From the NCBI GenBank assembly GCA_963664705.1, contig OY761556.1, positions 640,001-704,000 on the forward strand: DNA of 64,000 bases, written 5' to 3'. Position 1 is the first letter of the stretch. Each line of letters opens with the position of its first letter. Under the pieces are notes generated by a model. That model was not told where the DNA came from. It saw only the letters and a list, made by a program, of their open reading frames with translations, and ran no database searches. The position numbers and the translations under genes were made by a program. The DNA comes from Acidobacteriota bacterium (GTDB taxonomy: Bacteria; Acidobacteriota; UBA6911). This document shows positions 54,299-63,427 of the stretch, piece after piece.

Positions 54299-55342
54299 CT
54301 ATGCGAAAACGGATCGAGCGGTCGACAAGCCTTTGAACCAATGCCGGTTGAGCCGGTCTGCGAATTCACGCATGTGGGTCAGGCTGCCAGCGGCCAGCAG
54401 GAATGTGGAACCAAAATGAGATATGGTTTCCCTCCATTCCTTGGGAACAGCTCCGATGCGATTCAGGATCGGGGCAAGGCGGGCGTCGATGAACCCGGGC
54501 TTATCAGAGCGAATCACGCGTCCCGATCGGTCGACCAGATCAAAATATTCGGCTGCGGATATGTCGAGGATGCCCCGTCGACCGGGGGTGGACTGAATCG
54601 GAGCCAGCCAGCTGTCGGAAGCAGTTTCAAGTGGAGAATGATCGAAAGCCGGGTCCGAATCACTGGGTTGAGAGGCTGGTTGCTGGGACAAGGATTGGCG
54701 ATGCCAGGCGCGGAGACGCTCCTGGATGCTGGCGAAGTCGCTGTCTTCGGGAGTAGAAGCAATACCGGCCCGGACCAGATTCAAATCAACATAGACCATG
54801 CAGGCTGTGATAGCGGGGCCATCCAGGAGTGCCTGGCATTTGAAGCGGGATTCCCAGAAGCGGCCCTTGACGATATCCTCCTTGTTGGCCTTGCGCGCGA
54901 TGAATTCATTGAATTTGGACATGAACCAACTCAAGCTGCCCAACCGCTTGCGCAGAACCGCAATGTGTTCCGGACAATCGGTTAAGGCCTGGATCTGTTC
55001 AGCCCGAGGAGGAAGGGGTTTTTTGCCGATGCAGGATTTTCGGGGGCAAAGCTCAAGCCAGCGAGCGGCGACATCGGAATCAGACCAGGAGCGAAGAATG
55101 TCGGGTCGAGTGCGCAAGATGGAATGCACGTGGTTTTCCATGATGGCGTAAGCGCATACGTCGATGGCGAAGATGCCGGCAAGATGTTTCAAACGATCGA
55201 GAATCCATTTTTTGCGATGGGAGAAGTCCCGGCCGCTAAGCGGGTCATATCCGCAAAGATAAGCTCTGCGGACGCATCGGCTGATGCAGTGATAAACACC
55301 TTCCTCCCCTTCGATGACATAGTTGTTTCTTGCCAATCCCAT
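54299..55342 (-). CDS. HUH Y1 transposase (IS200/RAYT superfamily, long form)
   Basis: YHCISRCVRRAYLCG, AYAIMENHVH (HUH), GRFWESRFK and VYVDLN (catalytic Tyr). Confidence 0.92.
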   Translation of the reverse strand: MGLARNNYVIEGEEGVYHCISRCVRRAYLCGYDPLSGRDFSHRKKWILDRLKHLAGIFAIDVCAYAIMENHVHSILRTRPDILRSWSDSDVAARWLELCPRKSCIGKKPLPPRAEQIQALTDCPEHIAVLRKRLGSLSWFMSKFNEFIARKANKEDIVKGRFWESRFKCQALLDGPAITACMVYVDLNLVRAGIASTPEDSDFASIQERLRAWHRQSLSQQPASQPSDSDPAFDHSPLETASDSWLAPIQSTPGRRGILDISAAEYFDLVDRSGRVIRSDKPGFIDARLAPILNRIGAVPKEWRETISHFGSTFLLAAGSLTHMREFADRLNRHWFKGLSTARSVFA

Positions 55343-55409
55343 GGTTTGCCTCCTTGCATAGTTACTAATGGCGAACCATGGGAATTGAGCGAAGAAATAT
55401 TCAAAAATA

Positions 55410-55447
55410 GTGGGTGTCCAGGTTTCAGGTGGGTGTCCAGGTTTCAG
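55410..55447 (+). repeat. Exact 19-bp tandem duplication
   Basis: GTGGGTGTCCAGGTTTCAG x2. Confidence 0.95.
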
Positions 55448-55450
55448 CTA

Positions 55451-55822
55451 TTATGAAATCGGCTGCCAGAGTTCGACTTTGTTGCCGTCTGGGTCGATGA
55501 ACCAGCCGAACTTGCCATAATCGCTGGTCTGCGGCTCTCCGGCCAACTGGGCGCCGCCGGTCTGCACCTGGCGCAGGGCTTCCTCCACGTCGTCGACGAT
55601 GAGGTTGAACATGTAGTCCTTGCCTGAGGGAGCAAAATAATCGGCATCCGCCGGGAATGCCGCCCAGACCGTGAGGCCATTCGCCGGCATGTTCCGGGGT
55701 AGGAAGTTTGCTCCTCCCTCCGGGCTGCCATCGATGCCCAGCCACTGTTTGTACCAGGCAAGCAGCCGGGCAGGGTCTGGAGATTTAAAGAAGATGCCGC
55801 CAATGCCTAAAACTTTTGCCAT
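55451..55822 (-). CDS. VOC/glyoxalase family protein
   Basis: KVLGIGGIFFKSPDP, YMFNLIVDD and YGKFGWFIDPDGNKVELWQP. Confidence 0.9.
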   Translation of the reverse strand: MAKVLGIGGIFFKSPDPARLLAWYKQWLGIDGSPEGGANFLPRNMPANGLTVWAAFPADADYFAPSGKDYMFNLIVDDVEEALRQVQTGGAQLAGEPQTSDYGKFGWFIDPDGNKVELWQPIS

Positions 55823-55861
55823 AGTCATCCTTTTGAAAAACAAGCGCGTGGGAATCCTGAT

Positions 55862-56467
55862 TCATAGTGCCTGTTTGTTCGAAGGCGCACTTTTTGAGTT
55901 GAGGAGGCTCTTCAGTTCCTTTGTCATCTCTTCATTTAGTGCCTTGACTCTGTTTTGTATGCGCTGCAGCACTACCGGCAAATATTCCTGCAGGATGGTA
56001 GGCTGAACATCGAGCAGATGCTGTCCGGCCGGGGAGCTATAGAAATCGATGATTCTATCTATATCCGGACCGGTCATATACTTCTGATACAACCCCGCCA
56101 TATCTTCCATCATTTCATCCGTACTGTTTAGCGCCATGGCTCGTTCCATATACTTTGTCATAATATCCGTGAAGAACTGCTGCGCTTCGGCCTTGGATGC
56201 CAGTTCCGGCTGATTCTGCTGCATCTGCCTGAACTGTGCCGTCATCTGCTGCTGAATTAGGGCGGGCATGGTTTTCCTGATCGAAGCGACCTGCTCAGGC
56301 ACCCGTATCAATTTGAATAGGCTGTATAGTTGTTCCTTCGTTGCCTGCTGATTGGCGGGGATAACAGGCGGAACCGTGGATGCTGTCTGAGCCGGTCCTG
56401 ATGCGGGCCAAAGCAGTAATGTAAAAAATACTCCAAGGAAAGCTGCAACTCTATTGCCTCTCGTCAT
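55862..56467 (-). CDS. DUF2059 domain secreted protein
   Basis: Signal peptide; YQKYMT..DI..IIDFYSSPAGQ. Confidence 0.8.
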   Translation of the reverse strand: MTRGNRVAAFLGVFFTLLLWPASGPAQTASTVPPVIPANQQATKEQLYSLFKLIRVPEQVASIRKTMPALIQQQMTAQFRQMQQNQPELASKAEAQQFFTDIMTKYMERAMALNSTDEMMEDMAGLYQKYMTGPDIDRIIDFYSSPAGQHLLDVQPTILQEYLPVVLQRIQNRVKALNEEMTKELKSLLNSKSAPSNKQAL

Positions 56468-56699
56468 AAATTCTCCCGGGCCTGGATAGAATGCATGGCC
56501 AGTCTTTTATCGTATCGGTGCACATTTCTGAATGGCCCGCAGGCCACCGCAAAATGCGCTCTATCTTATTCCCACGGGACGGTGGAGTGGAACATTATTT
56601 TGTCGCTGTAGCCAGACTTGCCTGTCCCGAAGCGCAGCCCTGTTCAGACTGGCGCGCACCTTTCTTTCCTGCGCAGCAGACACCATGGGGCCATGTCAT

Positions 56700-57527
56700 T
56701 TAGTCGAGAATCGCTGCCGCGTGCTCGCTGCCGAACTTGCGGTAAAAACTGCGGATCACTTCCATGAGGCTGTGGCTCAATATCCGCTTTACGCAGAGGA
56801 TAAGTTCATCGGGAATTATTCCATAAAAGGCTTCAGCGATGCCCCCGGTTATACATGCCAGTGTGTCGGCGTCGCCTCCGAGGGAGATGGCATTGCGGAT
56901 CGCATCTTCATAGCTGGTGGATTCCAGAAAGGCAACAATGGCTTCGGGAACGGTTCCTTGACAGGTTCCGTTAAATGCGTAGGAAGGCCGTATCTGATCA
57001 AGGTTTCTGCTCAGATCATAATTGAACCTCGACTCCAGCAGGCGTCTGATCTCCTGCCTGTCGCTGGTGCGTCGTGCGTAGTAGATAGCTGCCGCTGTTG
57101 CCTGGGCTCCCTTGATGCCCTCCGGATGATTGTGCGTGACGCTGGCGCTGCGTTCAGCCCAAAGGAGGACCTCATCAATGGTTTCAAACGCAAACCCGAC
57201 GGCGCTGGCACGCATGGCGGAGCCGTTACCATAGCTGTTGTATGGGCTGCGATTTCGTGTTCTTGCCCATTGATGAAACATCCCTCCATAGCCGCGTTCC
57301 GGATACAGGTGATAGTAGGAATGCAGAAGATCCGTCAGGTCTTTCCCGGTCAATAGCCAGTCGGCAACCGCTACGCTTAGAACCGTGTCATCCGTATAGG
57401 TTGATCGGGAGGTGACCAGCGGGAAGTCCTTCGTTTTCGTGCCGGTGAATTCGTGAGTGGATCCTGCGATATCGCCTATGATTGCTCCGATCACCCTTGC
57501 CCCCTTGTGAAAATAATTGCTGTCCAT
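56700..57527 (-). CDS. ADP-ribosylglycohydrolase (DraG/ARH family)
   Basis: GAIIGDIAGS, YTDDT, SYGNGSAMR, THNHPEG and GGDADT; start may be GTG 57494. Confidence 0.92.
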   Translation of the reverse strand: MDSNYFHKGARVIGAIIGDIAGSTHEFTGTKTKDFPLVTSRSTYTDDTVLSVAVADWLLTGKDLTDLLHSYYHLYPERGYGGMFHQWARTRNRSPYNSYGNGSAMRASAVGFAFETIDEVLLWAERSASVTHNHPEGIKGAQATAAAIYYARRTSDRQEIRRLLESRFNYDLSRNLDQIRPSYAFNGTCQGTVPEAIVAFLESTSYEDAIRNAISLGGDADTLACITGGIAEAFYGIIPDELILCVKRILSHSLMEVIRSFYRKFGSEHAAAILD

Positions 57528-57672
57528 TTTGCCACACAGCGGATGTCGACGCGAGGTTTGTGATTTGCCACTGAAAGCGCGGCGGCAAGTCGCTTGGCGG
57601 GATGATGGCGCTCCCAGTGCCCGATTTTATTGAGTCAAGGATGGATGCCGGGAACAGAACCAAACACGCTTT

Positions 57673-59025
57673 TTACCGGTCGCCAGGAAATCGGCGCTGT
57701 GGAATTGCCGCGAAATCTTTTGTCAGGTTTGTGTTGGCATTCCAAGACACCCTGCTTTCCGAGTCCAGGAGGAAGCTGCCGGAAGTAACAATCTGTTCGC
57801 CCTGGTTGAGCCCGCTCAAGATTTGAGTATGCCCATCCAGACGCCATCCCGTCTGTACTATGCGCTGGGCAAAGAAACCATTGCCTCTATCTACATAAAC
57901 GATTTTCTCGCGGCCGGTGTCAATAATGGCGTCGGTTGGAATGGCTACGGCGGGACTCAGCCCGATGCTGAATTCGACATTTACAAACATCTCGGGCCGA
58001 AGCAGCAGGCCTGGATTGTCCAGTTCCAGCCTGATTTTCAATGCGCGGCTGGCCGGGTCGAATTGAGGCGGCGTTTTGCATATTTGAGCGGCATAGATGC
58101 GGTCCTGATATTCAACGGAAGCATTGGTGGCGGACCGGATAAGGCGAGCGTCATTTTCAAAGAGGTTGGCGAGGACCCAAATTTTGCTTACGTCCACGAT
58201 TCGAAAAAGCTCCGTCCCCCGTTCAAAGCGCGTTCCCTGATACGCGTTTCGCAACATCAGAATTCCTGATGCCGGCGCACGGATTTCGGCTTCGGGAGTG
58301 GTCTTTCTCGTTAAGGCGATATGTCGAATCTGCAGTTTGGAGATGCCTAGATACTCCAGATTATCCTCGCCGGCCAGAATCAGGGATTGAGCGGAATCCG
58401 ATGGATTCGCATCGGACGGCAGTCCATATTTTTCGGAAGCATTGAGCGCCTGGATATAGGCCTGCTGCGGGCGCAGTATCTCTCGATTGAGAAAGGTCGC
58501 CAGTACGGAATTCTTTTTTACATAGTCTCCCGTGACGAAGGGCGCAACCTGGCGGATCAAACCGTCAATTGGCGGGACTATTCGAAATTCGCGCGTTTCA
58601 TCCGGGGCCACGCGTCCAAATGTTCGAAATTTGAAAATGCCCACCATCCGATCCACGGTCGAAACCTTTACACCGGCAAGCTGCTGTCTTTCGGAGTCGA
58701 TTTGGACATTGACTGGGGCCGCGTTCGTCGAATCACTTCCTGCAACAAGGCTTGGATATGCATAGAGTGGTTCGACCTGCATTCCGCAACAGGGAGCTAT
58801 CCCGGGCTTGTCTGTTCGATAGCTCGGGTGCATCGGGCAGTAATAATACAGTATGTGCGTTTTATGTGCCTCCGCATTGACGCTGTTCTGGTGGTGTAAA
58901 TGGGAAACGCCATAGATGAACATGATCAAGAGGATGACGCAAAGCGATACAAAGATTCGTGCATACAGTTTCATATAAGCACCATGCCGTCTTTCGCTGT
59001 TGAATTGACAGGAGCGTTTATCCAT
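57673..59025 (-). CDS. CusB-like RND periplasmic adaptor with heavy-metal-binding domain
   Basis: YYCPMHP...PGIAPCCGM, GVK, IRAPASG, LRPEMF, IDTG and GSFLLDSES; start may be 58974. Confidence 0.85.
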   Translation of the reverse strand: MDKRSCQFNSERRHGAYMKLYARIFVSLCVILLIMFIYGVSHLHHQNSVNAEAHKTHILYYYCPMHPSYRTDKPGIAPCCGMQVEPLYAYPSLVAGSDSTNAAPVNVQIDSERQQLAGVKVSTVDRMVGIFKFRTFGRVAPDETREFRIVPPIDGLIRQVAPFVTGDYVKKNSVLATFLNREILRPQQAYIQALNASEKYGLPSDANPSDSAQSLILAGEDNLEYLGISKLQIRHIALTRKTTPEAEIRAPASGILMLRNAYQGTRFERGTELFRIVDVSKIWVLANLFENDARLIRSATNASVEYQDRIYAAQICKTPPQFDPASRALKIRLELDNPGLLLRPEMFVNVEFSIGLSPAVAIPTDAIIDTGREKIVYVDRGNGFFAQRIVQTGWRLDGHTQILSGLNQGEQIVTSGSFLLDSESRVSWNANTNLTKDFAAIPQRRFPGDR

Positions 59026-59103
59026 GACTTCAACGCAAACCTGGATGAGGGAATGGAAGGGGGGGAGTATGGATTCAGACGCATATCCTGATTTCCAGAC
59101 GCA

Positions 59104-61080
59104 CTACGAGTCCGGAAGCACACGGTAGGGGCGCATCATTTCATTATCTTCGTGTTCCAGAATGTGGCAGTGCCAAACGTAAAGTCCGGCAATGTCAAAA
59201 TGAGCTTTGATGCGTGTGATCTGTCCCGGATAGACGATCAGGCTGTCCTTGCGACCGGTCTCCCAGACCTCCAACGGCTGCAGTTCTCCCGGTGCTCCGA
59301 CCGCGGGATCGAAGACTTCGCGACTTAAAATTTCAAATTGTACCTGATGAACATGGAAAGGATGAGCATCCTCCGTGAAGTTATAGATCTCCCATACTTC
59401 CGTCGTATTCTGGGAAGGAGTTTCAGTCGGATCGTCCATCCAAAGCTTCGGAATTCCGGCCGGGACGCCGGGATCCGAGAGATCTACGGTTCCCAATAGC
59501 GCAATGCGCGGACCCACGCCGGGCAGAACTTCCGAATCGAGCTCATTAAAGGAGATCTGCCGTGTGCGGACTGCAGATCCCAGATCGGGCGGAGTTGGAA
59601 GTCTCAGGCGCTCCGGTGGAGTGCTGGTGTCTGGCCTCGTGAGGCCGATCACACGAAATTGCAGGACCTGCCCGGTAGTGCCTGGATTTGCGGATGGGAA
59701 GTCAACTCCGGGTGTTCCTCCTCCAAAGGGTTCGTCGGGGCCAACATTCAGCAAGGTGATCCTTGATCCCGGACGGATGTCTGAAAAGTCCACAATGACA
59801 TCAGCGCGTTCGGAAGGGAAGATCATGACGCGATCGGACTGTGCCGCTTGCGGCAGGAATCCGCCGTCAGAACCTATATGCCAGAATGGCAGCCCATTCT
59901 CCATCTGCAGGATGAGAATACGTGTATTGCTGGCATTGAGGATGCGGAAGCGATATCGCCTCGGTTCCACCAGCAGGTAAGGCCATGTCTGCCCATTTAC
60001 AAGCATAGTGTTGCCGAATGTCTCCGGGTTTTGAATGGGAGCAATGTCGCTGTACGGGATATAGGGACCAGCGAATCCATCAAAGAAGACACGACTGTCC
60101 GGATAGAACAGTGAACCATCCCGGTTAAAGGAACGGTCTTGTATTACGAGCGGGATCTCATAGGGATTCGGTCCGCGCCCCGGGGCGCCGGGTAAAACTC
60201 CGTCGATCTCATCACCTGGACCGCCCCGCAAAAAATAGAGACCTGCAAGGCCGGAGTACATTTCTACACGTGTCACGCCAAGGCTGTGGGCGTGGAACCA
60301 CAATCCTGCTGCACGCTGGTCGTTGGCATATTGATAGGTTGCGCTCCCCGTTTCCCAGGCCACTCCGTATTTTTCGTAAAATCTGTTCTTGAATTCATCA
60401 TAGGCCGAACCCACCCGTGCATAACCGGCAGGTATGGATAATGCATCCGGGAGATACCATGCTTCGGGGTAGCCATCACTTTCTTCATCGGTATGCCCGC
60501 CATGAAGATGGGTTACAAATGGCATCGGTCCCTGATAGGGTTCCGGATTGCTGGCATGAGAATCGCGAGGTCCGGGAGGATTTGCCCAATGGAGGGTCTG
60601 GTCCACAGCCAGAAGTGGGGGGAGATATCGCCCGGTTTCAGGATCTTTCAGATCATTAATCCATTTCACTCGCAGGGGAATATTGTATTTCGCCTCGATC
60701 GAAAAGGCTGGGGAATGGAAACTGCCGCCACGAGCCGCTGAACCCGGATTTGTGATGGACCCGTAACCCCAGACCTTTGTAGAAGGGAAGCCGGGCGGCA
60801 GCATCTGCTGGCGGAACTGGCGCGCGGCAATCTCATAATAGTCGATCAGCGTACCGTCATGACTGACCTGCCCGCTTGGGGGCATGGTGGGTAGGATGCT
60901 GAGGGGCATGCGATATTTTGGGATTTGAGTAGGATCCAGTGTGCCGCCCGAGGAACGAATTCGTGTGCGTCTTGAGAATCCAGCCGCCGGGGCAAATAGA
61001 ACCGCTCCCGTCAACCCTACTGTTTTGAGAAATGCTCTGCGTGATGTGCGGGTAGAGCGTTTTTGTGCCTTTACCTTCAC
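59104..61080 (-). CDS. Multicopper oxidase (CotA/bilirubin oxidase-like), Tat-exported
   Basis: SRRAFLK; HLHG, WFHAH, HPFHVH and WHCHILEHEDNEMM. GTG 61080 after GGGAG is preferred to ATG 61206. Confidence 0.92.
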   Translation of the reverse strand: MKVKAQKRSTRTSRRAFLKTVGLTGAVLFAPAAGFSRRTRIRSSGGTLDPTQIPKYRMPLSILPTMPPSGQVSHDGTLIDYYEIAARQFRQQMLPPGFPSTKVWGYGSITNPGSAARGGSFHSPAFSIEAKYNIPLRVKWINDLKDPETGRYLPPLLAVDQTLHWANPPGPRDSHASNPEPYQGPMPFVTHLHGGHTDEESDGYPEAWYLPDALSIPAGYARVGSAYDEFKNRFYEKYGVAWETGSATYQYANDQRAAGLWFHAHSLGVTRVEMYSGLAGLYFLRGGPGDEIDGVLPGAPGRGPNPYEIPLVIQDRSFNRDGSLFYPDSRVFFDGFAGPYIPYSDIAPIQNPETFGNTMLVNGQTWPYLLVEPRRYRFRILNASNTRILILQMENGLPFWHIGSDGGFLPQAAQSDRVMIFPSERADVIVDFSDIRPGSRITLLNVGPDEPFGGGTPGVDFPSANPGTTGQVLQFRVIGLTRPDTSTPPERLRLPTPPDLGSAVRTRQISFNELDSEVLPGVGPRIALLGTVDLSDPGVPAGIPKLWMDDPTETPSQNTTEVWEIYNFTEDAHPFHVHQVQFEILSREVFDPAVGAPGELQPLEVWETGRKDSLIVYPGQITRIKAHFDIAGLYVWHCHILEHEDNEMMRPYRVLPDS

Positions 61081-61356
61081 AGGCTGCTCCCTTAAGGAAA
61101 GTGTCTTGGATTTATTCACGGGGGATCTACTGACAGCCGGTGGATGCAGTACCCTATCCGCCGGCAATTTGCTGGTCTGAATAGATCGGGTCGGTGCCTG
61201 GAGCATTCACTGCAATGAAGTGGGTGATATGCAGTTTAAATACTTCGTTGAAAAAATGTAGCCGGCTTCGGGCCAATTCTGAATATACAAAAATACTCAT
61301 TTCCAAGTGAGTAGTCTTACGAGCCTTTGTGCGCGCCACCAATGGCAGTCTGCCTA

Positions 61357-62082
61357 TCAGCCAATCAAGGAATGGCCAAGCAGAAGTATTGAAACAGTTG
61401 CTATAAACAGGAATGGACTTGTGTGGACCTGGAATGCCAGCCGTCTTATTGCTGCCGGTGCTAATTTCAGCCAAATCAGCAGTCCCGCCGCGGAAATCAG
61501 AATCATGGCAGCCATCCCTAATTCAGGAAAAATGCTGACGGTACATTGGGAAAGATAAAAGTGCGTGATGGCTACAATCATTGCTATGGGATTCAGCCAA
61601 TAGTGAACCGGCCTAAGATATTTTTTTTGGGTCTGATTGAATCCTTCAATCTTCCTTCTGCGAGTGTCCCCGGGTGACATCGCCTTGACTGCAATCTTCA
61701 ATGAGATGCTCAGCGCTACAGTGACATTGGCTATGACAAAAAGCCATGCGGCAAGCACACCGGAAGCGCCATCGCCCTGGTTATGCCCGGCAGGATTCCT
61801 TTCGCCATAGCGGGATAGGTCATGATGCCCGGGGATTCCATGGCCACCCATGGAAATTGCGGCCGTAGCTAAAATAACCAATGCCAAAAATGCCGCGATC
61901 TGAGGCCGAATGCCTGGTTGTATGCGCACAGCCCGCCTTTCTGTTTCAGCTTGCGAACATGAATACGCAAGAAGGAGGAAGCGTTTCATCATTTTCGCAA
62001 AAAATCCAGTTGCCGTCAGATGTCTGCATAATTTTTGCAACACAAATTCTAATTTGCGTATTTGAAAGCGAACGCCATGCAA
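61357..62082 (-). CDS. Hypothetical membrane protein with intramembrane His residues
   Basis: About five TM segments with VHYW, ITHF, QVHT and LGHS; start uncertain. Confidence 0.5.
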   Translation of the reverse strand: MHGVRFQIRKLEFVLQKLCRHLTATGFFAKMMKRFLLLAYSCSQAETERRAVRIQPGIRPQIAAFLALVILATAAISMGGHGIPGHHDLSRYGERNPAGHNQGDGASGVLAAWLFVIANVTVALSISLKIAVKAMSPGDTRRRKIEGFNQTQKKYLRPVHYWLNPIAMIVAITHFYLSQCTVSIFPELGMAAMILISAAGLLIWLKLAPAAIRRLAFQVHTSPFLFIATVSILLLGHSLIG

Positions 62083-62180
62083 AGGTGCTTTGGATCCATA
62101 TGATGGAAATGGTGTGATTTCATCAAGGCCGCATCGATAGGAAATAGGATGTGCTCAGATACCAGCACTAAGGAAATATT

Positions 62181-63335
62181 ATGATATTGCGCAAGACAAT
62201 CTTCTGGCTTCATCTGGTGAGCGGAGTGTTTGCTGGAATTGTTGTGTTGATTATGTCTGTCACCGGCGTCGCTTTGATGTATCAAAAGCAGATAACGGGA
62301 TGGGCTGATAAACAACAATACAAAATGCAAATACCTCCCGGAGGAGCGCCGCTGCTTGTACAGGCACTGTTGGAGAAATACCGCGCAGCGCGACCTGATG
62401 TTCGTCCTGTCAGTGTGAGTCTTTCGTCCGATCCAGAAATGCCTGCCGCGATTGTGTCTGGACCAAACGAGACTACCTATGTGAATCCCTATACCGGTGA
62501 AATCCTTGGGAAGGGCGCTGAGGGCGTGCGAACTTTTTTCAAAGCCATGACAGACTGGCATCGATGGCTGTCCCTGAGCGGCGAAAATCGCGGAATTGGT
62601 CGTGCTGTGACCGGTGTGTGCAATTTTATGTACCTCATGCTTGTTATTACCGGGTTTTATCTTTGGTTCCCTCGAAAATGGAAAAGCGGTATTTTCCGCG
62701 GCATATCATGGTTTCGGCCCGGACTTTCCGGAAGGCTAAGAGATTCGAATTGGCACTATGTGTTCGGGTTCTGGTGCGTTGTCCCTCTGATACTGATTGT
62801 ATTGAGCGGCGTGGTTATTTCCTATTCATGGGCCAGCAATCTGGTATTTCGGCTTTCGGGCAGCATACCTCCTGCGCGTATGGGGCCTGGGGGAAGGCCC
62901 GGTGGAGGAGTTCCCGTCTCGCGCCTTCAAGGGGCTCCGGTGGATATTCAGGGATTGGACAATGTCCTGAAGACTGTTCAAAATAATGCCGCCGACTGGC
63001 AAAGCATCAACTTCCAGATTCCCTCGTCTGGCGACAAAGCCCTTACCTTTAGCGTGGACAAAAGCTTGGGCGGACAGCCGCAAATGCGCTCCACCATTAC
63101 TCTCGACCGCTTGTCGGGCCTGGTCATCAAGTCGGAAGGTTTTGACAATATGGATCGAGGGATGAGAGCTCGTCTGTGGATGCGTTTTGTTCATACGGGT
63201 GAATACTACGGTGTGTTGGGTCAGACAATCGCCGGTGTCGCTTCGGCGGCCGGTGTGGTGCTGGTGTGGACTGGGATAGCGCTTACTTTCCGCCGGTATT
63301 GCTCCTGGATGAAACGCAGAGCTCAATTGGCATAG
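62181..63335 (+). CDS. PepSY-associated TM helix protein
   Basis: FWLHLVSG, SVTG, YVNPYTGEILG, DWHRWL, TGFYLW.P, NWH..FG and HTGE. Confidence 0.92.
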   Translation: MILRKTIFWLHLVSGVFAGIVVLIMSVTGVALMYQKQITGWADKQQYKMQIPPGGAPLLVQALLEKYRAARPDVRPVSVSLSSDPEMPAAIVSGPNETTYVNPYTGEILGKGAEGVRTFFKAMTDWHRWLSLSGENRGIGRAVTGVCNFMYLMLVITGFYLWFPRKWKSGIFRGISWFRPGLSGRLRDSNWHYVFGFWCVVPLILIVLSGVVISYSWASNLVFRLSGSIPPARMGPGGRPGGGVPVSRLQGAPVDIQGLDNVLKTVQNNAADWQSINFQIPSSGDKALTFSVDKSLGGQPQMRSTITLDRLSGLVIKSEGFDNMDRGMRARLWMRFVHTGEYYGVLGQTIAGVASAAGVVLVWTGIALTFRRYCSWMKRRAQLA

Positions 63336-63427
63336 ACATATTGAGAAGAAGGTGAATGCGCGATTCCTGCGGTAGCGAATCGATGCAAGAGCATTTCCGT
63401 CTTACTTGTTAGGAAAGGAGTTTCTCA

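Larger units (their letters stand above)
54083..55447 (-). mobile_element. Y1-transposase element bounded by inverted CTGGACACCCA motifs
   Basis: CTGGACACCCA at 54083-54093; the reverse complement occurs within two tandem 19-bp copies at 55410-55447. Confidence 0.6.

Noticed and set aside
54043-54369. 108-aa ORF overlapping the transposase 3' end as a possible accessory gene or TnpB remnant
   Set aside because: Ser-rich with no RuvC or zinc-finger motifs; it runs across the element-end motif.
55410-55447. Possible CRISPR array
   Set aside because: Only two adjacent 19-bp copies with no spacer, and no cas genes in the window.
57598-57650. GGGATGATGGCGCTCCC resembles a fluoride riboswitch 5' half
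   Set aside because: No convincing second GAUG pseudoknot segment, and no plus-strand gene downstream to regulate.
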